This document shows, piece by piece, positions 61,720 to 64,000 of a stretch of 64,000 nt of DNA (positions are counted from its first letter, which is position 1; each line of letters opens with the position of its first letter). This DNA comes from Eledone cirrhosa (lineage: Eukaryota), in contig OZ024741.1 of assembly GCA_964016885.1 (NCBI GenBank), positions 356,004,001-356,068,000 of the forward strand, in the 5' to 3' direction. Below the pieces are notes generated by a model. That model was not told the origin of the DNA and did no database searches. It saw nothing but the letters and a program-made list of their open reading frames with translations. The position numbers were made by a program, and so were the translations under genes.

Positions 61720-63937
61720 CCTAATATAATACATATTGATTATACCCTGAAGAATATACCGACCCCGTCGCGCAGGATTTACTCTAAACTTCTCCTCCAT
61801 AAAGTTGAAGATATGGTCAAGCGATTGAGATGGAGAGTATTGGCCTTTGGTGGAATGCTGTCAAGTTCTGCCAATATATTCAACCTCAAGTCTAGAAAGT
61901 ACCCACCTAAGGTAAATGAACTCGCTAGCTTTGAGGCTGATCTTCTTAATCTCATTGCTAACATTTATTTCCACAAGCACCCCAATTCTTTTCAAAACAA
62001 AATAGGTAGAGACATTAAAAACTTCAGAGCCTCTGATAGAGCTTTCGTCCTAACTGATAAAACCAACAACCTGTATGAATTAGATCAGTCCACCTATAAC
62101 CAACTGCTTAGCAAAACTATACAGGCAAAATACAAAAAAAGCTGACCCTGCTACCTATTATGCTATTAATATTGAGGCGAAGGATATAGCCGCCACCCGT
62201 AGAGTAGGTAACACATTAGCGTGCTTGGCTAGGAGAGAGGCTTATATCACCCTTAAGGACCATAAAGATGACTTTGCAATAAAACAACTTGCAGACTTAT
62301 AAACCTTGCTAAAACAGAACTAGGTCTTGTTAGTAAGGACATACACAGGAAAATTAATATAGCCATTAGGAAGCAGTTCAACCTTAATCAGTGGGATAAT
62401 AGTCAAACCGTTATAGATTGGTTTAATATCCTCAAACACACTAAGGAAGCTAGGTTTACACAATTTGACATTATTGGCTTTTACCCCTCGGTAACCAGGA
62501 CCTTACTTGATAAGGTCCTTGATTTTGCTACTAAATTTACTGACATAAACCATCCAGCCATAAAAGTGGCCATGACCTGGACACCTTTAGGAAAAACTTA
62601 ATCGCTACCTTCAACAGCCTAGGCTTAAAAATTACGATAGTCACCAATCTCACCAATGTCAACTTCCTAGACGTTAACTTAGACCTACAGACACGCACGT
62701 ATAGACCATTCCACAAACCCAGAGAAATTTCGGTACATCCATAAGGACTCTAGCCACCCCCTATAGTTTTTAAAAACCTCGTTAACAACATTGGTAAGGC
62801 AGTTTCCAACCTCTCCTCCTGCAACGCCATCTTTGATAGGCCAGCACCCTACTATAATTCAGCACTGAGTAACAGCGGCTTCTCCGAAAAATTGCGTACT
62901 CTCTAGATCACCACCCTACAACTTATAAGAAAAAAACCTAGACATAAAGATGTCATATAGTTCGGACCACCTTTCTCACTTAATGTGAAGACAAATGTAG
63001 GCAAACAATTCCTAGGCTTCATAGATCTTCATTTCCCTGTTGGCCATAAATATTTAATCACCATTCAGTAAAAACAGGATACTCTTGCACCAACAATGTT
63101 AAATCCTACATCACCGACAAACACAAAAGCCCTCCACCGTATGTAGAAGACCTGAAACATGTCCACTAGACTAACAGTGCAACACTCCAGCGGTGATATA
63201 CCAAGCAGAGGTTACCTCCACCAACCAGAACCATCAAACTGGAGCCTGGACCTATGTTGGTATGTCTGAGAGCCGGTTTAACAACTGGTACCTGAATCAC
63301 GAAATAACATTCAGATATCCCGACAAAAAACATGTCACCCAGCTCGCAAAACATGTATGGAGCCTTAAGAACAACGGCACGCATTTTCCCATCAAATAAA
63401 GGATTTTAGAAAGATCTACCGCCTAGGTGAATGGGTCGAAATTTTGTCGACTTTGTAATTCTGAAAAAAAATGGTATATACTGTCACAATTATATTCAGA
63501 TAAGCACTGCCTCAACTTACAGCTTGATTGCTTTGGCAGTTGTCCTCACGAGCAGAAGTATATTTTCAGTAAATGGCTTAGGCCTGACTAACAGGCCTAG
63601 AAGTATACTTTAATTTACTGACTATTTTGAATATCATGGAAATTGGAATTTTTGAGTCAGAAAAAAATTATTTTTCTTCTATTTTTATTTATTCTTGACT
63701 GTGGTCTCTCAATAGTTACATTCCTTGATCTTACCTTCTAATTATAGAAAAATAACTTTTTTTAAATAATTTCTAAATTACCTGCCCTTGTTTATACTCT
63801 TATGATATATTCCTAAAAGGGAAACACAATCAACCATAGGCGGTCATCTTTGTTTTTATTTTTCTCATGGCAGGCTGAATGATTTGGGATTCAGAACCCA
63901 TCGAAACTTGAGTACCTGTTTATGTCACGGTTGGAGT

Positions 63938-63938
<1 letters not shown>
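61720..63938 (+). mobile_element. Decayed YRDD-family PLE with catalytic core deleted
   Basis: YTLKNIP, VKRLRW, FDIIGFYPS, NFLDVNLDL, VIYQA..TYVG; homologous to 13967-16263; deletion at ~62555. Confidence 0.88.
63870..63919 (+). ncRNA. HHR-like motif with 1-nt core insertion
   Basis: GCAGG-CUGAAUGA-uuUGGG..CCCAuc-GAAA-CUUGAG-UA/CCUGU. Confidence 0.55.
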
Positions 63939-63970
<32 letters not shown>

Positions 63971-64000
63971 ATATTTGGGAAGGGTCATTTTGTTATAATA

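Overview
AT-rich, repeat-saturated eukaryotic intergenic DNA. The SINE types and microsatellite load suggest an octopus/cephalopod genome (inference). No host gene could be supported, and most ORF-track entries are microsatellite artefacts ([12 protein letters not shown]). The window is a mosaic of retroelement insertions sitting in (TA)n tracts. These include at least 8 Penelope-like elements (PLEs; RT plus C-terminal GIY-YIG) of several families, usually 5'-truncated with inverted or direct pseudo-LTR duplications, and many short non-coding elements. Folding both strands by eye shows about 15 distinct type I hammerhead ribozyme (HHR) sequences, about 30 copies, some degenerate, near the 3' ends of these elements. 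The clearest cases are non-coding tandem arrays with one HHR per unit (299 bp x 7.5, ~320 bp, ~595 bp), i.e. retrozyme-like, probably circRNA-derived parasites of the local PLEs. Several families use a compensated U3:A8 core, and two share an odd CCGUCGA core. Also present: tRNA-derived Nin-, CORE- and V-type SINEs, Tc1/mariner elements and MITEs, a non-autonomous Helitron, and decayed CRE, L1/Tx1, RTE and R4/Dong-like LINE fragments. All ribozyme calls are manual folds and have not been tested.
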